This document shows positions 36,637-47,754 of a stretch of DNA of 64,000 nt, piece by piece. Source of the stretch: Fistulifera solaris. Its lineage: Eukaryota. The stretch spans positions 62,001-126,000 of the forward strand of contig AP026150.1 of NCBI GenBank assembly GCA_030295235.1, given 5' to 3'. Position 1 is the stretch's first letter. Each line of letters starts with the position of its first letter. Position numbers and translations under genes: made by a program. The notes beneath the pieces were generated by a model. It saw only the letters and a list, made by a program, of their open reading frames with translations. It was not told the DNA's origin and did not search any database.

Positions 36637-37411
36637 TATTCGAAGGCAAGTTTTGATAAGAAAACGAACGACGGATTCGATTTTTTTGTGGGAATATGAT
36701 GGAACGACTCTAAAGAGGTAGAAGCCTACTGAGCTGGTTTTGGGACTCGAGAAAAGGTGAGATTTGAGTGGCCTCCAGCGGACATGGAAATAATTTCTCC
36801 GCGCCTTGTCACTTGTCACTCCTCCCAAATCACAAACGATGAAGAACTGAACTTTGATCAATAATGACAGTTGTTGTTGGTGACTGAGTTAGTACTAAAT
36901 AATTAAAAAAACGAAGACAAACGTATCAACAAGATACAAGTACAAGTACCGGTACCGGATCCTTACCTACAAAGTAGAGACCTGCAGAGAAGCCACTATG
37001 CACACACTCTACAGCAACCGGAAAATGAAGTGAATTGGAAATTGGGTGCCTGGTGCGTTTTGTGAGTTGCAAACAAGAAACGGACTTCGACATTCGAAGA
37101 GATGACGACGATCTCGAACGGAGTGAGCTATTCCAACATCAAGATTTGGTCTTCGATTGAAAGGGATGGGGTGAGCTGATAACGGTTTGATCTTTACATT
37201 TAAATTTAAAACGAAAACTCGAATTGCTCCTCCATCACGAGGTACTAGGCAATTTAAAGAAAACTGCATCGATTACTAAGCTCAAAGGAATAAAATGTAA
37301 AAACTAGCCCAAGGCTGACAATATGTTTCGTGCCGGAATCGCAAGCATTGAAACTCCAGTCGCGCGGTTCATGTAGCGGCAAGATGCCTCTCAGGGGCAT
37401 GGCTTCCGCCT

Positions 37412-37651
37412 TTACTGATCGTGCTCCACTTGTTGATCTAAACTGGTGTTTTGCTGCGAAACAAAAAATTCTTCACAGTCGTCTACCAAAGCAAGTGCTT
37501 CCTCGAGAAGACGGATAACCCGTCTTGCCGAAAAGTTTCGTGACGACTCGCTCTGACAAGCCAAGCGCCTTGACGAATCAAACGGCAAAGCTCCTGACGA
37601 CATGAAAAGTCGTCGATTCAGGGGTGTAGCGGGTGAATTTTGCTTAGTCAT
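37412..37651 (-). CDS. 79-aa microprotein with RR.I.LLEEAL.L motif
   Basis: ATG at 37651. SARRVIRLLEEALALVDD. Confidence 0.5.
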   Translation of the reverse strand: MTKQNSPATPLNRRLFMSSGALPFDSSRRLACQSESSRNFSARRVIRLLEEALALVDDCEEFFVSQQNTSLDQQVEHDQ

Positions 37652-38186
37652 GGTTTCCAGATTTTTGCAATGAATGATGCAATAATGCCTTTTGATTTTG
37701 TGGTGGAAGCGATTTGGTTGGAAGTCGATGGAACGATGATGCACGTCCAATTGCCGACAAAAGATAAATCCGTCATTTGCCACCTCGGACAAAAACACAA
37801 AACACCTCAGAACTCTCGGATAATATCCCAGAGGGGCATGTTAACGGTCGAAAAACATAAAGTTAACCCCCTTCTAGAGAGTCAAATAGGCAAAAGGTAC
37901 AAGTGTGATGAAGAACATGTTGAAGATGACCGAACGTCATCCGTTCATTTTCTACGTCTTATTTCCGCTTTTCCGTTTCTCCGGGGCAAAGAAGGCCCAG
38001 AGTCGCACCCGACACCCTACTCTGACATCAAGTAGGTACCGGTATTCATGTGACGCCTGATACGTGATTTGGAGATTTGCGATCCGCGATCTGCGATCGT
38101 CGGCATGTCGTCGGTCGTCGCTGCGTTGTATCGCTTAATGCAGGTGTAGAATGTAGAAGTAATACTAATATTATTCAAAAGATCTA

Positions 38187-40187
38187 ATGATTGTTATCTA
38201 CCGGCTACTATTAATTCTTCATATATGCGCTCGGCTTGCTAAATCATTTTTTATTCAAGAAATTAGCGCTCTTGCTTCGAGGCCACTCACAAAATGCACG
38301 TTAATAAAGGAACAGATCTCTTTATTTGCAACCCACGAGCCGCGCATTCAAGGTCTCATGGAGGATGATGATTTTCATCGAAAGAACGTGTACAATGAAG
38401 TCCTCAATCAATTGCGACAGGAATTTCCCTACTTGTTGCAAAAACCGCTTTCCACTTCTTTTCTGGCCCCCGATATTGAATTGAATATCGGAGACTCGTC
38501 CAGTATACCATTAGCTTCCTCTAGAGAGGAGCTGCTTCGTCTCCAACAAATAGTGATTTTGACGCTTCGGGCTGGAAATTTGGTGCAATTTCAGCCACCT
38601 GTAGTCCAGTGTCAGTTCGGGTGTCTTCTAAACAATACGAATTTTGCTAGGGTACGCTGGCGAGTTGACTTGACAGCTTCTCCACAACAACCAGTTTTGT
38701 TTGATGGAGAGTCAGTAGTCCAGCTCAATGGAACATCGATTGATACGCTTCGTCTAGAAAGTGTGAATTTCAATGGTCAACCACAAGATGCCGTCACAAT
38801 CGGCCGCTTTCTGTCGTCGAGTCGAAGAGCGGTGCAGCAAGTACAAAATTCACCGCTTCTGCAGCCGTTCCTGACTTCACTGTCTCCTTTACTCGATACT
38901 CTCATGCTATCTTCGTCTTCAAATAGTTCTCGTGGAGAGTCTTTGTCGGAAGAATCCTCGTCTACTTTCTTGATATGCTCAATCAACTCGACGAACGGAG
39001 CAAATACAACTACAAAAAGTAACACGGGAACAGATTGGGTACCATTACAGGAAAGTTCTAGCAACTCGTCTCTCTTTCCTTTACCAGGCACTGAATCTTG
39101 GTACAAGTACGCAGCATTTCACAAGCGTGCTCAACAATTTTGCAAGGAAGTGCTACCAGCTCTACAAGATGGGACAGTCGACGAAACGTGCTTTGCCAGT
39201 GCAGCATGTCTTAGCACTAATGATATACGTGTCAGGAATCCACGACGATTTTATCAAACTTTGGCAATTGGGCGACAACAATCGGGTGCGCAATTTCAGT
39301 GCACGAAAATACGGGCTTTTTGGAAAAACAACATTGTGGAAGTCTCGTATACGACTACTATTCCATCTCTACCTTCGCCGTTGCGATTCCGAGGTGTAGA
39401 TATATTTCAATTGAATGATAAGGACCCCGTCCAAATAGCAAATATTCGCCAAGTAAAGTTTCAAAATGAGGACCCTTCGAGTACCTGGGACGGTACGCTC
39501 GTCATGAAAAGTTTAGCCAAAGCGGTAGAAACGGGACGTCCTGAAACGTGGGCGGACTTTATTTTGTTGCCCAAGGCGGGAAAATCCAGGTCTCTTTCTA
39601 CAAAATCGCGATCAGATACTGCAGCTGCGATAATCTACCGCATCATGGAACGGCTACATATTGACTTAAGGCAGCTGGTTGTGCAAAATAAGACGGCGGT
39701 GGTGCCAGCTAGCAATTATCTTGATGAGACGGTGCAGCTTACAGGTTATTTAAATGAAACACTGGTCAAAGGATCTGTACTATACTCAAGAAGTATTCTA
39801 CTTGCCGTGCAATCATTGAAGGCAGCGCTTGGTAGTAATCAGATAAAGTCCAAAAGAACGCCAGCTGTACGGATTGAATTGACCGATAATGGCAATGTCC
39901 GATGTGCCTTGACATTATTCTTGCAGGTCGTTGGAGTTCCTGCGTCAGTAAACGTACCGGTGAAGCTGCAAATCGATTTCGAATATGTTACGGACCCTGA
40001 CTCGGGTAGAATCATCCAGCATCGGTTGCTCGAATCACGCATCAATGGTCAGCTAACACCGGGAGACGTCATCTCGCGTTGGATCCGACGATTTACAGAT
40101 CCTTCATCAAAGCGATCGGAAGAGGAAGACTGGCTAGGTAGTGCTCTTGATACCATCAAATGGATGAGATCATTACGTTCTGAATGA
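38187..40187 (+). CDS. 666-aa probably plastid-targeted protein, possibly repeated NTF2/SnoaL-like domains
   Basis: Intact ORF. Signal peptide ends AKS-FF. Three segments end in beta-rich motifs (FDGESVVQLN, FRGVDIFQLN, EYVTDPDSGRIIQHRL) reminiscent of DUF2358/NTF2. Confidence 0.65.
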   Translation: MIVIYRLLLILHICARLAKSFFIQEISALASRPLTKCTLIKEQISLFATHEPRIQGLMEDDDFHRKNVYNEVLNQLRQEFPYLLQKPLSTSFLAPDIELNIGDSSSIPLASSREELLRLQQIVILTLRAGNLVQFQPPVVQCQFGCLLNNTNFARVRWRVDLTASPQQPVLFDGESVVQLNGTSIDTLRLESVNFNGQPQDAVTIGRFLSSSRRAVQQVQNSPLLQPFLTSLSPLLDTLMLSSSSNSSRGESLSEESSSTFLICSINSTNGANTTTKSNTGTDWVPLQESSSNSSLFPLPGTESWYKYAAFHKRAQQFCKEVLPALQDGTVDETCFASAACLSTNDIRVRNPRRFYQTLAIGRQQSGAQFQCTKIRAFWKNNIVEVSYTTTIPSLPSPLRFRGVDIFQLNDKDPVQIANIRQVKFQNEDPSSTWDGTLVMKSLAKAVETGRPETWADFILLPKAGKSRSLSTKSRSDTAAAIIYRIMERLHIDLRQLVVQNKTAVVPASNYLDETVQLTGYLNETLVKGSVLYSRSILLAVQSLKAALGSNQIKSKRTPAVRIELTDNGNVRCALTLFLQVVGVPASVNVPVKLQIDFEYVTDPDSGRIIQHRLLESRINGQLTPGDVISRWIRRFTDPSSKRSEEEDWLGSALDTIKWMRSLRSE

Positions 40188-40587
40188 ATCAACGTTAGTC
40201 TGCTACGACTAACCGGCTTGAAATCACGTTGATTATTCCACACCATCGCACCTAGTACCATCTTTCATCCCTTTTGTTCTTACAAAAACGTCAAGAATAG
40301 TCTAGCTACTGTTATGGTTCGATTGAGACGAAGGACAAAGAGCCGTCTTCAAAACTTCCCTCCGATTGTTCAGAACTTGCGGGATGGGTACACTCTGACT
40401 GACACTACCTTATCGAGAACACGAACAACGTCTTGATGTCGTCTTCTTTGGATGTGACCCTGCCAAGAGCAAGGATTCCTTTTTTCTTTCATTCATTTGC
40501 TCTGATACTTTTGAAGAAAACGCACCTGCACTAACATCCCTCCACGTGACTCTTGTATTTGCGGACTGAAGTTACAAAGATTATAGC

Positions 40588-42523
40588 ATGGGAGTCTTTA
40601 TAGATTCGATCGACGAAGCGGTCAACGAATCACCCGTCGGGCGCTTCTTTGAGCTCAAAGAACGAGGCAGCAAGTTATCGATCGAGTTTCGTGGAGCATT
40701 GGCCACTTTTATGAGCATGGCCTACATTCTTGCCGTCAATCCGCGCATTATTTCCGATAGTGGCGGCCCGTGTCCCGTTCCGGAAAGCGGGAACTTGTTT
40801 GATCCAGAATATTCCTCATGCATTGAGGGCGTCAAAAAGGAATTGATTACATCTACAGCTCTAGCCAGTATGTTCGGCTGCTTCGCGATGGGACTCGGTG
40901 CAAACTTGCCAGTGGCTTTAGCACCGGGTATGGGCATGAACGGTACGTATAGTCTTAATAAAATGCCGCTTTCCATCGGCATTTCTATTCTTACTGGTAC
41001 TTGCGATGTATCTTTCAGCTTACTTCACGTACAGGTCAGTAGACTTTGCGTTTTTTGAAGTCGTTGTTGCTTGCTTTCACTGACAAATCTGCCTCCATTT
41101 TCATACAGTGTGGTTGGATTCCGCGGAACAGGCAATATTTCTTATGAATCCGCATGCACCGCTGTCTTGATTGAAGGCTTTATTTTCCTTTTCCTTGCTG
41201 TTACTGGTATTCGTTACTGGATCATCAAGTTTATTCCTGAACCGGTTCGCTTCGCTACGCCAGCGGCCATTGGAGCGTTTCTGGCGCATTTGGGATTGCA
41301 AACAGCGGAAGGAATCGGATTGGTGGTCTCGGACATTGCGACGGCTGTGACGTTAGGAGCGTGTCCGCTGTCGAAACGGACCCCGATTGTGGCGCTAACA
41401 CCTGATTGTGCGGCCAATACAAACTTTTGCGTGACGAGCGATGCTTACACTTGTGACGATGAAGGGGGAGTCATGACATCAGCCATGACATGGCTTGGAC
41501 TTCTGGGTATGGTTATCATGCTCATCTTGCTTGCGTACAGGTAAGAGAAGCAACATGTATCTATACAAATATTTGCTAGAATATAAAGGTAAAAAGTCTC
41601 ACCATTTTCACTTCACTTCTCTGCAATCACAAGATGGCGCTCGGCTTTTATTGTTGGTATCTCGTTTGTCACATTTATCTCGTGGTTCCGTGACACTGCT
41701 GTTACATATTTCCCGAATGACGACATCGGTGATGCACGATTCGAGTATTTCAAACAGGTTGTCTCGATAGAGCCCTTGGATAAAGTTTTAGCACCCTTCA
41801 CCAATGAGTTGAGCGACGCCGGTGTGGCTTTATTTACCTTTCTTTACGTCGACTTTCTTGACACCAGTGTAAGGCTTATGTTTGTCTCTATTCAGTCCAT
41901 GTCCAGACACTCATCGTGCTTTTATTTTCAGGGAACACTTTTAGGAATTGTGTCAGCAATGGGCTACGTGAACGAGGAAGGAGACTTCTCCAAATCGCAT
42001 TTTGCCTACAGCGCCGATGCTCTTGCTACCATTTTTGGCAGTATTTTTGGCCTCAGCCCTGTAACATCTTACATCGAAAGTGGCAGTGGTGTGGAAGCTG
42101 GCAGTCGCACAGGTCTGACTGCCGTATTTTGTGGCTTTTTTCTTCTTTCTGAGTTTATTCTTTGCGCCGATTATTGCCAGTATTCCAGCCTGGGCCATCG
42201 GAGGTGCTTTGATCATTGTAGGCTCCCTGATGGCACGCAGTTTGGCTAAGGTCAAATGGTATGATATCACTGACGCGGCGACGGCTTTTATAACGGTGAT
42301 GGTGATGCCCTTGACGTACTCTATTGCGTATGGGCTCATTGCCGGTATCGGAACATATGTCGTCCTACAAGGAACCTTCCATTTTCTTACTCTGTTTGGT
42401 ATTGAAAAGCCTGTATTCGAGGATCCTGAGCTTTCGCAACAAGAGAAATCAGTCGACCAGACGAACTCTACCAAGAAAGACGAGAAAAGCGACGAGGAGG
42501 ATGCTGATGATGAAAATGCTTGA
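40588..42523 (+). CDS. AzgA/AZG-type adenine-guanine permease (NCS2-related)
   Basis: FFELKERGS...EFRGALATFMSMAYILAVNPRI, NLPVALAPGMGMNAYFTY, DFLDTSGTL, SPVTSYIESGSGVEAGSRTGL, MPLTYSIAYG. Introns at 40943-41018, 41035-41108, about 41541-41634 and about 41868-41931. Confidence 0.93.
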
Positions 42524-42881
42524 GATATATGTACTTGGAAGCGAAACCTCAATGTAATGCAATATGATTTTTATAGGTGTCAGACGTTTCTGTATAACAA
42601 ACAATCCATGAAGCAAAAAAAATAAGGATGTGGACGTCGTGATCATGATTGCTTTGGATTTAGAACTGTAGGGGATTACACCGATAATGTAAAACACCTT
42701 CTATCTGTTGTGACTTTTTTGTAAAGAATAATGTACACCGAAGCGGTCTGGCGTGCCAACGAGTACCAGGTAGTTTTCACAAAAGCATTTCTTGACATCA
42801 TTTGAAATACGGAGTACCTCGGAGTAGTTCTTATCACAACGTCGAGAGAGAGAGAGAGAGAGAGAGAGGACAGCATGCAGA

Positions 42882-44577
42882 ATGAACCAGCTTCAACACG
42901 AGGAGACAGAAAGCCTCACTAAAAATCCGAAACTGTTGTCGTTCTACGTTCGGGGGCGACGCCGTGGTGCTGGAGCACTTGCTTTCCTTGTTGGCCTTTC
43001 TATCATCGTTTTTCGTACTTTTACGAGACTTGGTCCGCGGGTTGACTTGGTTGTGTCTAGAAATGAGGAAACAAACTCTGGTCGGCATTACGATGATTCG
43101 TTCTGTTACATGGCTGGCAAGGCACCACTTGATCGAGCGATTGATATAATCGAGCTTGGACGACGCGCTAAAGTAGGTCTCAATCATTCCAATCCGCAAC
43201 AAGCCGTTACTTCGTTAAACCAAACGGCCGCAGCATTCCCACAATCACCGGCAAAAATCTTGGAAAAGTGGCCGAGAGACCACAATAATTGGTTCTTTGC
43301 GGTGACGTTTGATTTTCTAGCAATCGATACTTCCGGACACCCGATGAATGGGGGAGGGGATGAGTTTGTTCTGACTCTTCAGGGCTGGTCCTCGGAATAT
43401 TCCTTCAAAACATCTGTATACGCAAAGGATCTTCATAATGGAACTTATCAACTTACAGCCACTCTACCAAGACACCGAATCGAGCATATGAATGCCACGC
43501 TGATGCATTATTATACGGGTTACGAGGGATTTGGCTATTACGGTATCCAAGGCAGCAACTATAGAGGCATATCAATTGATTTAAATCACGGTCCACTGAT
43601 GGTTGAATTGCCGGAAAACATTCTTGTCTTTCTACAAAACTTACATGAAACGAAAACTCTACCATCCGCGTTGCAAGCTCGCCCTCTTTGCCAGCCGACA
43701 CAGGAAGGTGTTGATCAGCTCATGGCTGGCATGTGGATAGAGCAAGGGGTGCTTTTCTACGATGATTTGTCGCTCGAAGCTAAGTGGGAACCATTTTGCT
43801 GCCAACCTCCGACGGCAAAAAAAGTCGGACGAAATTCAATTTTTCCGGATTGGATCGTCTACAATGCCATTGCCGTCCGTGCACGTGGGTGACGCTTACA
43901 ACCTTCAGCGTCCGTTTCATGAGCGATGGGTCGATGCTTTGTTGAGTACGCTTCCGCCCGCCACCGTCAATGATACAGTTTTATTTTCGGCTGGACTTCA
44001 TCAAATTCTGTACGGATACAATACAGAGACCGCGGCGATGCTCGTAAAACGTATGATATGTCAGATTGCTGCCGTTTTTCCTGGGAAAATCATATATCTT
44101 GGACCGTGCCCTATCCAGCAACAACTTTTTCGCAAGATTGACATGACGGATCAGCACGTGCTTCTTTTGAATGCAATGCTTAGAAGTGAACTCTTTGATG
44201 ACCATGGCGGTCAGTTACACTCGTTATGTCACGGTGTTGACTTGGCTACAATGGTTTCCTATCCCGACACAGAAAGCGGTGCTCTTTTGGATCCAGAAAA
44301 GACACGGGGTGCGTTGGAAAGACTGCGGCAACGAATACCGGAGACGGAATCGGAATTCACATTGGTTAACAAACTTCGTTCATCACAGACAGATTACTCC
44401 AACCGCACGCTTTACTTCGCTGAGATTCACGACTTTTTGCGTCCTAGACCCGAGACCTACCGCGAAAACGACAAAGTCCACGATCTTCGCCAATTCGACA
44501 AGGGCATGCTTTTCTTTGGTGCTCATTCGACGGTAATTGAACACTTGATGATTCTGAGGACCTTAGGCGACTTTTAG
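42882..44577 (+). CDS. Type-II membrane protein, NXPE/PC-esterase (SGNH)-like
   Basis: N-terminal TM. Ig-like GGGDEF...DLHNGTYQL as in NXPE proteins. C-terminal IGSST, FSAGLH and DKVH (DxxH). One homopolymer indel near 43820. Confidence 0.55.
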
Positions 44578-44856
44578 AAACCAGGAGCCTGTGCAGCTCT
44601 GTTGTTGTTTTCGCCTAAGAGAGACTACTACGTAGTGAAAGGCTCGTTCAGGTCTGTAAAACTTAAGGCGAGGAGAGAAAATCCGCCCTCGATGACAGTT
44701 ATCTCATAGCCTTAGTCGACCAGGGGTACTGCAGATGTCTGGCCGCCGCCCACATTTTTACCACGATCGTCGTCGTCTCTTTTGGTGTAATAAAATACAA
44801 GATACAAGTACATTTCCTCCCAATTCAAATCGTCTCACCATTATTCTTTTTACCAA

Positions 44857-45329
44857 TGAGTTCACTAAAGAAGCTTCCTCCTGAAGTCGTGCGCGAGCTG
44901 TTACGGCACGTTAATAAGGCGCCGAAAAAGGCGCCCCGCCTCAGCCGTCACAAACGTCGTCCACGATGAAATGGGTTCTTGGGGGTTGTCTTACTTTGAC
45001 AGCAGCAGCAGGCTCATTTCCACTCGTGGCACATTGGTGGATAGGAAATTTAAACGAAAAGGATGAAGCATTGACGGCGCCTCAAGTACGAAGGGGTGCG
45101 TTTATGAATTCGGGGTCCAAAGATGTCGGCAAGGACCCAAATTGGGATTTTCGAACAGGACAATATAAGAAAGATGCAGGATATCATGCCATATACCAAG
45201 AGGATGAGGAGCAAAAGAAAAAGAAAAAAGCTATCTGCTGAGTTCTATGCTTCTTCAAATCTGGATAAACATCAAGAAGCAATGGAAGCTTTTGCGAAAG
45301 GAGAGCGACGAAGAAACCAACTCAGTTGA
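44857..45329 (+). CDS. Small conserved hypothetical single-TM protein
   Basis: TM followed by LTAPQVRRGAFMNSGSKDVGKDP. Frameshifted. Confidence 0.55.
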
Positions 45330-45799
45330 TTTGTTGCATTGCTGCTTGTTCAAATCGTCAGCCTAGCCTTTTCTTATAGAATTGCATTGCAAAGCGGGAA
45401 CGTTTCGAAGCTTGTTTCATCAACCATGAAAAAAATTGGAGAATGCTCGATCCGTAAACGTCAAAGACAGAGAAAATACTATAGAGCGGCTACTCTCTAC
45501 TTGGTTTACTTTAATAAAACTAATGTGACCTTTAGGACTAGTAAGTTGGACTAGGCGTATAAATTGATTTACCTGGAACGCCGAAGGCCTTCATAGCGGC
45601 ACTGAACGTTCTCGAAGATGTTCTAAAACTTAGCGTGACTGACCGTGTGACGTGGAGTGGAGAAACCGAACCCTTTCGTTCGAAGGCGAAGAAGCCGCGA
45701 AGTTGACACTTTCGAGATTTTCTTTGCGGACAAAAAAAAAAAAACAAAAAATCCCTCACATCGCATTCTTTCGTTCCAAACAGTTGAATGAATCCGAAA

Positions 45800-47754
45800 T
45801 GAAACTCAAACATCTTCTATTGCTACTCTCCGTTACTTCGGTTACTCCTTTCGTTGTGCTGAATCGAGAACGAATTCACACGAGCAGCCTCATTCTCAGG
45901 AGTAGCACCAAACTACCTCCTGTCAAGAATGAAACAAAAACTTCTTTAGACGACAACTTCCAATCCAGTCCATCTGGTGAACTTGACTTTCAAGAACCGA
46001 GCTTTCCTTTAAGTTTAGAAACAACTAAAATCAAGTCCGGACGAAAAGAGTTGTGGTATGATGAAAATTCGGGACGCTTCTACGAAGCTGGAGGCAACGA
46101 AAAAATACCGATTGCGACATTATTTGAAAGAACATTAGATACCATCGAAGATGCCGCTATTCATGCTCGACGTATACCCTATGACAAAGGGTGGATTGAT
46201 CCTCCGGAACTGGAACAAATGAGTCGCAAAACAGTCGCCGTTCTCGGAAGCGGATGGGCTCACACGCCCCTGATGAAAGTGGCCGACACTTACAAGATTC
46301 GTCTCATTGTCGTGTCGCCGACCAATCACTTTGTCTTCACACCCAGTAAGTCTTTCTTGAAAGTTGGCACTGTAATTCTTCTTCCATAATTCTGACAAAA
46401 ACTTTTCGGTATTCCTACAGTGTTGGCTTCGGCATCGGTCGGTACCATCGAATACCGAAGCATGACCGAAGCTGTTCGTGCTTCCAATCCTTTAATGGAT
46501 AATTACATCGAAGGCAAAGCTATTGATGTCAATGTAGAAAACAAGTTACTAACGGTTCAGTTGAAAGACTTGCTGAAGGATACCCGCCAAGAAGCGGCGG
46601 CTATTCAACAGATTCCTTACGATCATCTGGTGGTAGCGGTTGGGTGTCGCGTAGCGAATACCATCGCTCCCGGTGCCAAAGAATATAGTTATAAGCTAAA
46701 GACCTGCGAAGATGCTCGGAAGCTTCGGTTGGCGGTAGGGGAGTGTTTGGAATACGCCAGCCGGCCCAATGTGGCACCGGAAAAGTTCTTGCCAGATAGT
46801 GTTGCCCTCGCCCCGAGAACAAGACCGACGGAAGCGATTGACTTGGGTAATTGTAGGTGGCGGGCCAACGGGGGTAGAACTTCGCTGGAGAGTTGTCTGA
46901 TTTTGTTCGGGACATAACGCGTGATCGAGTTGGTCCGTATCACAGACTGCTTGGTGAAATTCAGATCATTTTGGTTCATGGTGGCGACCGACTGGTGCAG
47001 GCGTTTGAGGAGGAGCTGAGTGCACATGCGTTATCATCGCTCAAAAAGCAAGGTGTTCAAGTTAGATTGAATACTCGTGTCAAAGAAGTTGGGGACGGTT
47101 GGATTCGCCTCATCTCTAAGGACTCAAGACGATGAAGAAATTCCAATTGGTCTCTCCGTGTGGGCTGCAGGAATTGCACCCGTTCCTTTTATTGAAACGC
47201 TGCTATCCAAATTACCACCTGAGGCTAGAGGAGTGAATGGTCGTGTTAGTGTGGATAAGTGGTTGCGCTGTCCAACTTATTCACCTGAGACTTTTGGAAG
47301 TGTACTAGTTGTGGGAGATGCAGCAGCCTTCACTCGTGAGCGACGACGGATCTGATCTTTTGCCACAGACCGCTCAAGTGGCTGGTCAGCAGGGAGCGTC
47401 GTGAGCGAATGCTAGACAGGGGATATGATCTATCGCTTACACCTCCGGGAATTCCTTCTCACCACAAGCACGAGGGTTTTGGTGGATGCATGGCTCCGTG
47501 CCCGTGGCTTGCAACAAGCATCTGGTTTTTCATTCCTCAACTTGGGTTTGTTGGCATACCTTGGCCAAGGGCAAGCTCTAAGTCAGGTCCAGCTAGGAGA
47601 CCTACCTCTTTTTAGCTACGCAGGTAGCGTTTTCTTTTGTCTTGTGGAGATCAGTCTATCTGGTTAAGCAAGTTGCTACACCTAAATCGAAGTTTTAGTC
47701 TTGTTCGACTGGTTCAAATGCAAAATTTTCGGAAGAGATATCACAAGGTTCTAG
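45800..47754 (+). CDS. Type II NAD(P)H dehydrogenase (NDH-2) with bipartite presequence
   Basis: [27 protein letters not shown] (intron about 46346-46420), [65 protein letters not shown]. Signal [18 protein letters not shown]. Confidence 0.93.

Noticed and set aside
44600..44680. Hammerhead ribozyme on the minus strand (CTGAACGA-GCC...GGC-GAAA)
   Set aside because: The core has an extra base and no stem I/III pairing with an NUH site could be built.
45566..45580. U1 snRNA 5' end (TTTACCTGG)
   Set aside because: It lacks ATACTTACCTG and the downstream U1 stem-loops and Sm site.
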